DNA from: a virus
Virus record (IMG/VR): IMGVR_UViG_3300030107_008258
Location: 32,001-96,000 of that record
Direction: 5' to 3' (one strand)
DNA: 64,000 bases
Shown here: positions 57,201 through 64,000 of the stretch, piece by piece
Position numbering within the stretch: position 1 is the first letter of the stretch
Layout of the letters: each line of letters begins with the position of its first letter
Notes under the pieces: model-generated
The model's database searches: none
What the model was told of the DNA's origin: nothing
Seen by the model: only the letters and a program-made list of their open reading frames with translations
Position numbers and translations under genes: made by a program

Positions 57201-59444
57201 CGTAATAAGGTTTGCAGCTTCGGCAAAAACTCCTGTTTGACTCTGTTTGACTGCTAGACTTCCCTCAACAGATAAGGGAAAATTAACTTCAAACTGATCG
57301 GTAGAATCATTAAATAAGATATTGGCGTCGGTAGCGCTTCCCCTGTCTATAACAAGACCTCCTGAAGAAAGCGTTATTCCAGCTCCGTCTTCACCACTAT
57401 TCAAAACAATAATATTGTCTTTAATGGCCGTATCGGTTGTTTCAACAATTGTACGAGTACCAGTAACTGTTAAGTTTTTGATTGAGACATCACCAAAAGT
57501 AATAGTTCCTGTCGTATCGAATTTTATTCCTCCTTCTGAAGGAGATGATAAAGTTGCTTCGCTTCCTATTTTAATTGAGTCTGAGGATACAATTAAATCG
57601 TCAAAATGTCCGCTCCTAAACGGTAACGAAGGAGACCCTAAATTAATAGTCCCACTTGCATTAGGTAAGATTTCTCCCGAAATTGTTCCCCCCGCTTTGT
57701 TAAGTTTTATATCTTGTATCTCTCCTGTAGCAGTTTGTAAGGTAGAAATATCGGAATCGTTACTGGTAATTTGGGATTGTAAATTATTTCCCGTCGATAT
57801 TAAGTTGCCGCTTACAGTATCAATATCATCTTGAAGATTTTGGCCTGTCGTAATTAGGTTTCCGCTTAGGGTATCTCTTTTGCTATCTAGGGTGTTACCA
57901 GAAGAAATCAAATTACCGCTTAGGGTATCTCTCTTTTGATCTAAGGTATTACCTGTTGAAATAATGTTTCCGCTTAAAGTATCCCTTTTCTCGTCTAGAG
58001 TATTTCCTGAAGAAATTAAATTTCCGCTCAATATATCTCTTAACGAATCAAGATGATTACCTGTAGATATAATTGTGTTAGTGAGTGTTGTGCCTGTTGT
58101 TATTAAGTTACCACTTAATGTAGTTATGTCGGCATCATTACCAATAATCTGATTCTCTAAATTATTTCCTGTAGAAATTATGTTTGTATTAATTGATGCA
58201 ATGTCTGAATCATTGCTATTAATTTGGGCCTGAAGATTATTACCTGTTGAAATAAGATTCCCACTTAAAGTATCACGCGAAGCATCTAGGGCATTTCCCG
58301 TCGATATTAAATTCCCACTTAAAGTATCCCTTTGTGAATCTAAAGTATTCCCCGTTGCGATTAAATCGGGGTCAGTGGCAAAAGTTCCAGAGTTTAAATA
58401 TAGAAGAGATTCGCTTGATGAATCAACAGCTACTAGCCCTCCATTGGCCGGAAATTGAGTTTGCAAGGAAGAATAATCATTGGGCGCATCAACTAAACCT
58501 GTGAACTTGACCGCCCCACCACCTTCTCCACCTACTCCCGTAACAGGGGGTATATCGTAGGCAATTCCATCTCCCGCGCTATTTACTTTTAAATATTTTC
58601 CTTGGTTTCCTGCTAATGTTACATCATCCAAATCTTTTATATGAGTGGCAAAATTGCCCGTCATGGAATGAAAAACAGACAAGCCGCTTAAGGTGTTTAC
58701 TTCTGTAGTAAGGTATGATCCTGTTGAAGCAAGATTAGTTGTTAAGGTTTGACCAGTAGTTATTAAATTAGCGGCTACTGTAGACCCTGTCGATTGTAAA
58801 TTAGTTGTAAGATTAGCGATATCTGTGTCATTGGTAGTAATTTGGCCTTGTAATGTTTGTCCTGTTACTACAAGGTTGGGAGCTAGCGCTAACTCGCTCC
58901 CGTCTACCGCAACAGGAAAGTTTAATTCAAACCTATCAGTATTATCGTTAAAAAGTATTGTAGCATTTTCTAGAGTTCCCCTATCTACAACTAATCCTCC
59001 CGAAGTAAGAGTAATTCCCGCTCCAGCTTCACCGCTATTTATTACAATTATATTATCTTTGACCGCGAGATCAGTAGAACTTATTATAGATTGAGTTCCT
59101 GTTACAGTTAGATTCTTAACCTTAATATCGCCAAAGATAGTTTCTCCCTCGGTATCGAAACTAAACCCCCCTCCCGGTCCTGCCGAAATCGTAGCCTCAT
59201 CTCCTAATTTTAAAGAGTCAGCCGCAAGATGAGCTGTCTTTGCATAAAGATTCAAAAACCGCTTGGAAGGTGAACCTAAATCTACCGTATCAGTTTGGTG
59301 GGGAAGAAGAGCCCCAGAAATAATACCTCCCTTTGTCCCCAGTTTATCTTCCTGTAGATTTGTGGTGACGATAGCTGTCGATGTTTTTCCCTCTACCGAC
59401 GTTTCGGTTTTGCCGCTGATTACAACATCTACAGAAATAGCCAT
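51282..59444 (-). CDS. Giant long tail fibre (2720 aa) with coiled-coil repeats, GIGT repeats and a LamG domain
   Basis: NL(I/V)TTGQTLQTQITSNDSDI repeats, three DN.I..NSGE.GAGITL.SGG domains, G.VGIGT..P repeats, LamG, two C-terminal (Y/F)TG.G domains. Confidence 0.85.
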   Translation of the reverse strand: MAISVDVVISGKTETSVEGKTSTAIVTTNLQEDKLGTKGGIISGALLPHQTDTVDLGSPSKRFLNLYAKTAHLAADSLKLGDEATISAGPGGGFSFDTEGETIFGDIKVKNLTVTGTQSIISSTDLAVKDNIIVINSGEAGAGITLTSGGLVVDRGTLENATILFNDNTDRFELNFPVAVDGSELALAPNLVVTGQTLQGQITTNDTDIANLTTNLQSTGSTVAANLITTGQTLTTNLASTGSYLTTEVNTLSGLSVFHSMTGNFATHIKDLDDVTLAGNQGKYLKVNSAGDGIAYDIPPVTGVGGEGGGAVKFTGLVDAPNDYSSLQTQFPANGGLVAVDSSSESLLYLNSGTFATDPDLIATGNTLDSQRDTLSGNLISTGNALDASRDTLSGNLISTGNNLQAQINSNDSDIASINTNIISTGNNLENQIIGNDADITTLSGNLITTGTTLTNTIISTGNHLDSLRDILSGNLISSGNTLDEKRDTLSGNIISTGNTLDQKRDTLSGNLISSGNTLDSKRDTLSGNLITTGQNLQDDIDTVSGNLISTGNNLQSQITSNDSDISTLQTATGEIQDIKLNKAGGTISGEILPNASGTINLGSPSLPFRSGHFDDLIVSSDSIKIGSEATLSSPSEGGIKFDTTGTITFGDVSIKNLTVTGTRTIVETTDTAIKDNIIVLNSGEDGAGITLSSGGLVIDRGSATDANILFNDSTDQFEVNFPLSVEGSLAVKQSQTGVFAEAANLITTGQTLQTQITSNDTDISSLTSNLASTGSTLDSEVTTLTTNLASTGSTLAADIVTVSGLTQGNDTDLATVTSNLITTGQTLTDEIAIVSGLTTSNDSDISTITSNLITTGQTLQSQITSNDSDISTITSNLVTTGQTLQTQITSNDSDITTLTSNLVTTGQTLQTQITSNDSDISTLTSNLSSTGSTLDSKIDTLSGVATLDSETGNLVDTSMTGDFAVNFLDLDDTPGSLGAVGQSVVVNADRDGLIFSGVSAGGGGGSSTFVGLSDTPGALTASRLLAVNSAGDSVEFLESGTLVTDAETGVFATSANLVTTGQTLTTNTNTVSSNLVSTGSVVDDVSGNLITTGQTLQTQITSNDSDISTLTSNLVTTGQTLTTNINTVSTNLVSTGSVVDDVSGNLITSGQTLQTQITSNDSDITTLTSNLVSTGAVVDDISGNLITTGQTLQTQITSNDSDISTLTSNLVTTGQTLTTNINTVSSNLVSTGAVVDDISGNLITTGQTLQTQITSNDSDITTLTSNLASTGNTLDTTTVKLTSNQTIAGNKTFSDTVTIGDLNVTGTQTTITATNLAIKDNLIEINSGESGAGITLVSGGITINRGSAANANILFNDSTDRFELNFPLAADGSLVATAPNLVTTGQTLQTQITSNDSDISTLTSNLVSTGSFVDDVSGNLITTGQTLQTQITSNDSDITTLTSNLITTGQTLTSEISTLSGLATLDSETGSLIDTSMTGNFTDGAGVAGYVARWSDSNTLTSGAMQDNGAVVGVNQAADPDNAFSIKSIDNNTNPLQIAAHDGDSLFVFRQSAGDGRLSIKKDGGTETVRLDSDNASFMTGGNVGIGIAAPTTKLHISYPAVGQDGSAVTALTTTTALNLGLKLGFSGGANSNNNIIGGISLGNSGEEFAGMYALDGGASAATDLALFVGTTSGITEAVKIDSSGSVGIGTNAPASKLHLYSATDANVIVKLQGGSDSAKGAHINFLRGATDVGSFGTKASLVGGTSNDLMFYSASNDFIYYSTAERMRVQADGLVGIGTNAPAQKLHVLGDAIKFERTDNAVTLQLYNNAASPADDAALGYIQFLGKDNDGTANIVHSEVRGGVQSNTDSAVNGYLSFLTTNNGTSVSEAMRITADGKIGIGTDSPSTKLQVVVDSSDGSASTHGVHFGTATNGLNIGAHDGGNYAWIQTKSNDDLVINPYGAKVGIGTDAPAKSLQISAGDGSHLMLHYSGSGHSSGAVRQFFQRSTGTEASPTGTSDGDIVGTTSYVAYAPSGSTYRNSAAIVVTRYGAANTVSAPAKIAFATPGASDDTLVDRLTILPGGKIGIGTTDPSVDFQVGNSVSGQTKVVTFNSEGGTEIGLKVKSRTNRAKIAVSDNDTTAYIVAEGGARAFGPNDTAHANNLIVNGDGNVGVGTITPSKKFHVVGDIEISGTIYQSGSVFEGGGGGGGGSSTFVGLSDTPGSFTANRVLTVNSAGNAVETTFDTSTLSGHQSVEQGYFTGLTLGGTGTGILQNASGTISNLDLADNKFDVSVIEERDSAVGDSNFDKVELLLPFDGANDATSTTDESDSNHTVSFNGSADISTAQSKFGGSSLYLPGGSNDHVTIAGSSDFNFGTGDFTIEMWVYRTHTAYGYIFETRGGEDTTSTDGIGLYLGSGGNDELRVAVNRSNVIDINQDHQTNDQWQHFAVVREGSTMTLYIDGTARGSGSNSTDFDRSRPFRIGNIHNASLDGGYGFQGYIDDFRVTKGLARYTSNFTPTSAAHPTSAGITENKYIGQIGGIDDSDVDYGIEKLSNSQLMIKKLSDNTFTPDRLYVNVNKLGALGHGIAFDQVYTGDGTTTNYALSENVSNARDVLVSVEGLIQTPIIDYTLAGATGVSFTTGVVSGHEISFRHLALGPSGTAGASADISYLTERFTGNGVVSGFEMSRSISTADEIFVFVNGLVQDSGANFSVTAGTGLYFTDGEIASGDKIMVRHIY
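55070..58370 (-). repeat. Intragenic tandem repeats (14-, 18- and 25-aa units)
   Basis: DTLSGNLISTGNTLDxxR (18 aa) and NLVTTGQTLQTQITSNDSDISTLTS (25 aa) arrays with synonymously diverged codons. Confidence 0.85.
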
Positions 59445-59445
59445 T

Positions 59446-59829
59446 TTAAGAATTAGATGGTTGAGTCACTTCAGGAAAGACATTGAAATCGCCTTTCATT
59501 AATTTTACTACAGCGCCATTAGCGTCTTCTCCGGCTCCTGTTGGGTATCTTTCTATATCATAAACAAATTGACCCACGGGCAAGTCTACAGTTTGAGTTC
59601 CACTTAAATAAATGTCAATTAAACCACTTATCCATGCGTCTCCATTATTTCCCGAAACAATAGTAGGCGAAAGATCTATAAGAGAAGAAGCGCTACTGTA
59701 ACGATATTTAACTACTCCTCGAGCTCCATAACCGCTCAAATCTATAGCGTTTCCGTTCGTGTCCTTTACATTTAACCGAACACTTAATTCCGAACCTTGA
59801 GAAGCGTCAAAATTATAAACCGTTGCCAT
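59446..59829 (-). CDS. BppU-like fibre-anchoring beta protein
   Basis: QGS......D..G..IDLSGY.AR, YDIE, L.KG.F.V.PEVT. Confidence 0.6.
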   Translation of the reverse strand: MATVYNFDASQGSELSVRLNVKDTNGNAIDLSGYGARGVVKYRYSSASSLIDLSPTIVSGNNGDAWISGLIDIYLSGTQTVDLPVGQFVYDIERYPTGAGEDANGAVVKLMKGDFNVFPEVTQPSNS

Positions 59830-59850
59830 ATAGTTTTATTACACTATATG
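59827..59850 (-). promoter_or_regulatory. GTGTAA promoter inside CATATAGT-N8-ACTATATG inverted repeat covering the start codon
   Basis: Same 8-bp arms as 48442-48466; the 3' arm ends in the ATG at 59829. Confidence 0.65.
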
Positions 59851-59868
59851 CAGGTTTTTTTTGAAATA

Positions 59869-60234
59869 TTATCTTCCTTCTGAAAGTATTTTCATGCCTT
59901 CGGCATTTATCTTCGCATTAGCATCCGGTTCTGTGATGGGTTTTTTATAAGCGGATACATGTTTTCTAAATTCTCGCATTAACCTTTCCCTTAACATTCC
60001 TCTATTATCAATAGGAATAATACCTACCCTAGAAGCATGACTTTGCAGGTCTGACATGTTCATGTCGTCTAAACGCTTTTGATATTGCATGTCATCCATC
60101 GTACCATACATACTGCTTCCATCGTCTCCCCATATTTGGTCTAGAGTAGTTGCCTCAAATTTTTCTACTTTTGCATGAGTTTGAGACATTTTTTTAACAG
60201 AAGTCTTTTTTGAAGTTTTCCTTTTTGCTGCCAT
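59869..60234 (-). CDS. Conserved hypothetical head-associated protein
   Basis: Follows the capsid terminator; GTGTAT variant at 60266-60261 plus AAGGA. Confidence 0.6.
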   Translation of the reverse strand: MAAKRKTSKKTSVKKMSQTHAKVEKFEATTLDQIWGDDGSSMYGTMDDMQYQKRLDDMNMSDLQSHASRVGIIPIDNRGMLRERLMREFRKHVSAYKKPITEPDANAKINAEGMKILSEGR

Positions 60235-60284
60235 AATCTTATTCCTTATAGTAGTAGAAAATACACTTTTTTTCCAAAAAATAG

Positions 60285-60312
60285 AAAACCCCGACCCTTA
60301 CGGGCCGGGGTT
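60285..60312 (-). terminator. Rho-independent terminator after the major capsid gene
   Basis: Minus strand AACCCCGGCCC-GTAA-GGGTCGGGGTT followed by TTCTATTTTT. Confidence 0.85.
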
Positions 60313-60334
60313 GCTAAATGTTATTTATTAGCGA

Positions 60335-61426
60335 TTATGGACGCTCAAACACTAAACCAACCAAAACACGAGCATCAAGAAGGACACGTCCTTCTTCGAT
60401 ACCGCCGTAAAAGCCGGTCTTGTCTTGACGTTGAGCGAATTGGTCATCCGGAAGAGCGGTGAAAGTACCACCTGTCTCAGAATTCCGAGCAACTGGACGA
60501 ACCAATGCTTCACGAGAACGATCCACACCTACAACAACCTGATCATCACCAGTAAAGGTACCTCCATAAAAGGTGCCAAACAAAGTGTTGTACTTCTGGC
60601 CATTACCGAATTCGATAAGATCAATAACATTGATACCGAAAAGGTTCTGGAATCCAGCGGTGCGATACATTTCGTCCTTCACGCCGTCTCCAACCTGCTC
60701 AGCACTAGAGCTAAACGGATTGAAGGCAAGGTGACGGATGTCTCCTACGATCTCTGGAGAAACGAACAAGTCCGTAATTCCACGAGAATAAGGAGCAGCT
60801 GGAGTACCACCAGCATAAGAAGTATTAAGCCTCTTCATCTTTACCATCATATCGTTAAGATAAGCTAAGCTAAACTTAGCGTCACTCTCAGATGTCTTAT
60901 CAACAACGTTATCGCCAGCAGAACCACTACCAGTGGCGCCTTTAGCTTCTGCAAGGCCCTTCAAAAGAACTGCCCAAGCGTTACGATCCTGCTTGACCAA
61001 TACTTCGTTAGCCATACGCTCAACTGATTTGCTTACGACGTCCAAGCGACTCTTACGAGCATACTTTTTAAGGAAGCTTACCGCACTATCAAGTTTGTAA
61101 GTTGAGATTTTCAACTCAGCGTTACCTGCAATTTGAGAAGATGGAAGACCACCTGCCATTTGCTGGGACCAAATAGTAACGTAGTTATCAGTTCCACGTT
61201 GATCATAGAACAAATCTAGCGGATAACTAGGATTGTCGTCTTCATCATACTCTACGTTAGTATAAACATACGCAGCCGTATTTGCTTGATCTAGAACCTG
61301 CTGAACAACTGGTCCGATAAAAGCGGCAAAAGCCTCTGTTGCCGGACGAGAAATATCTGGGTTCTTGGAGCCCATAGCCTTGATTAGTTCGACCTGCTCC
61401 GGAGTATTTTTAAGTTTTAATTTCAT
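60335..61426 (-). CDS. Major capsid protein (probable HK97 fold)
   Basis: 363 aa; follows protease-scaffold and decoration genes; strong SD (AAAGGAG) and a terminator. Confidence 0.8.
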   Translation of the reverse strand: MKLKLKNTPEQVELIKAMGSKNPDISRPATEAFAAFIGPVVQQVLDQANTAAYVYTNVEYDEDDNPSYPLDLFYDQRGTDNYVTIWSQQMAGGLPSSQIAGNAELKISTYKLDSAVSFLKKYARKSRLDVVSKSVERMANEVLVKQDRNAWAVLLKGLAEAKGATGSGSAGDNVVDKTSESDAKFSLAYLNDMMVKMKRLNTSYAGGTPAAPYSRGITDLFVSPEIVGDIRHLAFNPFSSSAEQVGDGVKDEMYRTAGFQNLFGINVIDLIEFGNGQKYNTLFGTFYGGTFTGDDQVVVGVDRSREALVRPVARNSETGGTFTALPDDQFAQRQDKTGFYGGIEEGRVLLDARVLVGLVFERP

Positions 61427-61444
61427 ATCAATTTTCTCCTTTTA

Positions 61445-62032
61445 TTAACCTTGGGTGAAGTCGAATTTAACCAAAACTGAACCGTCCGCATCTGGACCGC
61501 CCAAAGTTCTGCCGATTCTGTTATTAGTAGCCTTGGCTCCCAAATTGGTTACCTGACCACTACCTGTAGCGAAAACGTCTTGATCCTGAAGGATGCCTGC
61601 AGAACTAGCCCATGCACCAGTTGCCATAAGGAAAATTCCTCGTGTAGCAATTGGAACTGCCTGACCTGTTAAACTGCACTGCAATTCAGCCTGCTTACGC
61701 GGGTTGAACTTCAAAGCTTCTCCGTTTTCGTCATATTCCCGAACGTCATAAAGCATAATGCCTAGAGCAGCTTCATCAGCTCCTCCATCAGTATACTGAA
61801 CGTCCGCCGCCACTCCCCACCGTGTAGAAACGGTGTTTGCGTATCCAGCACCAACATTGCCAATTTGGCTTAGCTCATTGGTATTGCTCCAACCTGTCAA
61901 AACCTTAACACATGATCCAGCATAAACTACATCACTTGTGCCAAGTGCTTGATTGGGGTCACCAAAAGCGAACAAATTGATAACATCGTGCTCACTGTAA
62001 TCCCTAAAGGGCTTTAGTCTTTCGTTTGCCAT
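61445..62032 (-). CDS. Capsid decoration/cement protein
   Basis: LGIMLYDV...DENGE, GQAVPIATRG; lies between the scaffold and capsid genes; AGGAG SD. Confidence 0.65.
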   Translation of the reverse strand: MANERLKPFRDYSEHDVINLFAFGDPNQALGTSDVVYAGSCVKVLTGWSNTNELSQIGNVGAGYANTVSTRWGVAADVQYTDGGADEAALGIMLYDVREYDENGEALKFNPRKQAELQCSLTGQAVPIATRGIFLMATGAWASSAGILQDQDVFATGSGQVTNLGAKATNNRIGRTLGGPDADGSVLVKFDFTQG

Positions 62033-62052
62033 AATGTATATCTCCTAATTAT

Positions 62053-63570
62053 TTATTTACTAAAATCGAATTGATCCATAGCAAAAGCTTTGCTATACTT
62101 TTCGAAAACCGTAGGTTCTTCAGCAGGAGAAGATGTCGGAATATTTTCCGTTTCACTTTTAGCGTTATCTACTGCATGCTCAACAACCTCCTTAACTGCA
62201 GAAGCGGAAGCTTCTGCGGGTGCTTCTTCAGCTGGTGTCTCAGCTGGTGCTTCAGCAGGAGCCTCAGCCGGAGCTGCTTCTTCTGCTGGCGCTTCCTCAT
62301 CCTCATCAGAGTTAGCTTTTGAGGATAAAAGAACTGAAAGCGTTTTATCCAATTCAGTGAAAGCCTCTTCGTCAAGGTCTCGAATCTGAGAGGCGATAAC
62401 CTTGCGGTCTTCGTCTGTCAATTTAAAACGCTCATCGTAAGATGCCATTCTCTGATTGAATGCTTCCAATTTTTCAGCTTCGGCTTTTTCAGCCTCAAGC
62501 TTTTCTAATTGAGCCTTAATATCTTCCAACTGCGTCTTCAAGGAATCGTGTTCCTTGGAGAGCGTCTCGTGCTGTTCACGAGCGTCTTTCAAGGACTCCT
62601 CTTTTTCAGCTTGCTCGGAGGAATACTCCTCCGAAGCTTTCTTGAGGCTCTCCTGAATAAACTCATGAATAGCAGAAGCAGTTAGCGTTTGTAAAGACTC
62701 GTCCGTTATGTCTTTCAAGTTTTCTATTTTCATAGCTTCTACTTTCTTTGTTTTTACAGTATTATTTGTATTTTGGGAAATCGTTTCTTCCTCAAGAGAC
62801 TCTTCCGCCAAAGCTTTTTGTTCAGCAACGCCATTTTCAGTAAGGACACCTTTAACATCCGCAGCTGGATTTTCGGTCAACCCTATACCTAATGGCACTA
62901 CATTATTGATAACCTTTCTATAAACATTCGAGTTATCATCAAATTTTCCTTCTCCCCCAAAACCTTTAAGTTTATCCATATGTTTTTCTACTTCTTCGGG
63001 GTCAGTTATTTCAAGGGCGTTTTCTATATTCTTTTCCTCTCCCTCTAAAACGACTAAATTATATTCGCTAAAACCAAGTTCCCAACTTGCGCTAATACCC
63101 ATATACTCTTCACTAGTAGGGTCACTAGAGCTTTCAATTTTATCAGCTAAAGTTTCGTTTACTACTTTCCATATAACTCCACCTAGAGTTACATTGAAAG
63201 GTTCTTTTAAATTCTTAACTTCTTCTTTCTTTAATGGCTCATCACTTCCGAAACGAGAAAACCCTGCGGTTAAAATAGTGCCCACTACTGATTTTCGATT
63301 GTGTTCAATATTAATAGGTTTATTGACAAAGTTATCATACATTGCCACCGCTGTATCAGTATCCACCACGTCCCCATTTTTATTTACTCTGTTAGCTACA
63401 AAAGCATTAAAGGCTACGGGGAGAAGGTCTACGTTTTTTTCTACATCAACGTCAGGAAGAAACTTTTCCAGCTCTACCATTGAAGCCAGAGCTAAATATT
63501 TATCCTTTTCTTCGGAAACTACCGGTTTGATAACCGAACTAAAAGTAGTAGTATATTTAGGTTTTTTCAT
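62053..63570 (-). CDS. Prohead protease fused to scaffold
   Basis: NKNGD, KPINIEH, SASWEL, GIGLTENPAA protease domain followed by an acidic coiled coil and PAEEA linker. Confidence 0.8.
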   Translation of the reverse strand: MKKPKYTTTFSSVIKPVVSEEKDKYLALASMVELEKFLPDVDVEKNVDLLPVAFNAFVANRVNKNGDVVDTDTAVAMYDNFVNKPINIEHNRKSVVGTILTAGFSRFGSDEPLKKEEVKNLKEPFNVTLGGVIWKVVNETLADKIESSSDPTSEEYMGISASWELGFSEYNLVVLEGEEKNIENALEITDPEEVEKHMDKLKGFGGEGKFDDNSNVYRKVINNVVPLGIGLTENPAADVKGVLTENGVAEQKALAEESLEEETISQNTNNTVKTKKVEAMKIENLKDITDESLQTLTASAIHEFIQESLKKASEEYSSEQAEKEESLKDAREQHETLSKEHDSLKTQLEDIKAQLEKLEAEKAEAEKLEAFNQRMASYDERFKLTDEDRKVIASQIRDLDEEAFTELDKTLSVLLSSKANSDEDEEAPAEEAAPAEAPAEAPAETPAEEAPAEASASAVKEVVEHAVDNAKSETENIPTSSPAEEPTVFEKYSKAFAMDQFDFSK

Positions 63571-63571
63571 A

Positions 63572-63991
63572 TTAAAATTCTCTTTCTAACCTATAGTTTA
63601 TAATGTTTTGAATTGACTCTTTACGTGTTTCTATATAAAGATCATTAACACTTTCAAAGTTAAATTCTAAATTAAGCTCTTTAAGCTCTTCTTTTGCTTG
63701 TGTAACATATGAATCCATAGTGGACACATTAAAATCTTTTCCTTCCGCTACGCTTAAAAAACGATTAACGTTAGCCATACACCATGTAGGAAGATTATAG
63801 GTAGAGTTGGGCACGTAGGATTCTTCTGCGCTTTTATAAGTCTCTATTAGTGAATCGACTCGTAACTTTGCAGGACTCTTTTTTACCTTTGATTTAAAAC
63901 ACTTTATTAAATCAGAAGAAAAAACAATATATTCATCAATCTCAACTTCTTTACTTATAGAAGGCGAAGACTTACCATAGACATCAATCAT
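63572..63991 (-). CDS. Hypothetical head-module protein
   Basis: W(C/A)MA.VN.FL motif recurrent in phage head regions. Confidence 0.5.
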   Translation of the reverse strand: MIDVYGKSSPSISKEVEIDEYIVFSSDLIKCFKSKVKKSPAKLRVDSLIETYKSAEESYVPNSTYNLPTWCMANVNRFLSVAEGKDFNVSTMDSYVTQAKEELKELNLEFNFESVNDLYIETRKESIQNIINYRLEREF

Positions 63992-64000
63992 TTTAACATT

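Noticed and set aside
55070-58370. CRISPR array
   Set aside because: The repeats are in-frame, codon-degenerate protein repeats without unique spacers, and no cas genes are present.
52525-59502. Many antisense ORFs opposite the fibre (also opposite the TMP, capsid and nrdA)
   Set aside because: Shadow frames of codon-biased long genes, with no RBS or recognisable motifs.
1-64000. Stop-codon reassignment as in some large phages
   Set aside because: Genes are full length under the standard bacterial code, and TAA, TAG and TGA all end genes at tight junctions.

Overview
This 64-kb window comes from a large, AT-rich tailed dsDNA phage with a long non-contractile (lambda/T5-like siphovirus) tail. 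The host is probably a marine Verrucomicrobiota/PVC bacterium (inferred from the PVC-style prepilin, the GspC-like protein and the class Ic-type NrdB). Left to right: (1) 1-8.4 kb, minus strand: a sugar-nucleotide/glycosyltransferase operon, a DUF736 protein, a phage sigma factor and a dNMP kinase. (2) 8.4-8.85 kb: a strand-switch region with a promoter-driven, pseudoknot-rich ~270-nt candidate ncRNA beside an AT-rich tract. (3) 8.85-20.2 kb, plus strand: dCMP deaminase, dUTPase, a sigma54-type promoter in front of Hsp20, NrdA/NrdB (NrdB lacks the radical tyrosine), and an accessory region with a DUF2589 pair, a CXXCH-bearing prepilin plus GspC-like gene, a 2OG-Fe(II) oxygenase and an orphan Xre/MbcA antitoxin domain. 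(4) 20.3-64 kb: the virion module (IPT-repeat protein, three tail-tube paralogs, an inverted M-L-K-I-J tail-tip block, a 2194-aa tape measure, chaperones, tail tube, neck, LamG fibres, a 2720-aa fibre, capsid, decoration protein and protease-scaffold). A recurrent GTGTAA motif precedes most structural transcription units and probably marks late promoters; several copies sit inside inverted repeats that cover or abut the start codon. All protein assignments come from motif recognition by eye; no searches were run.
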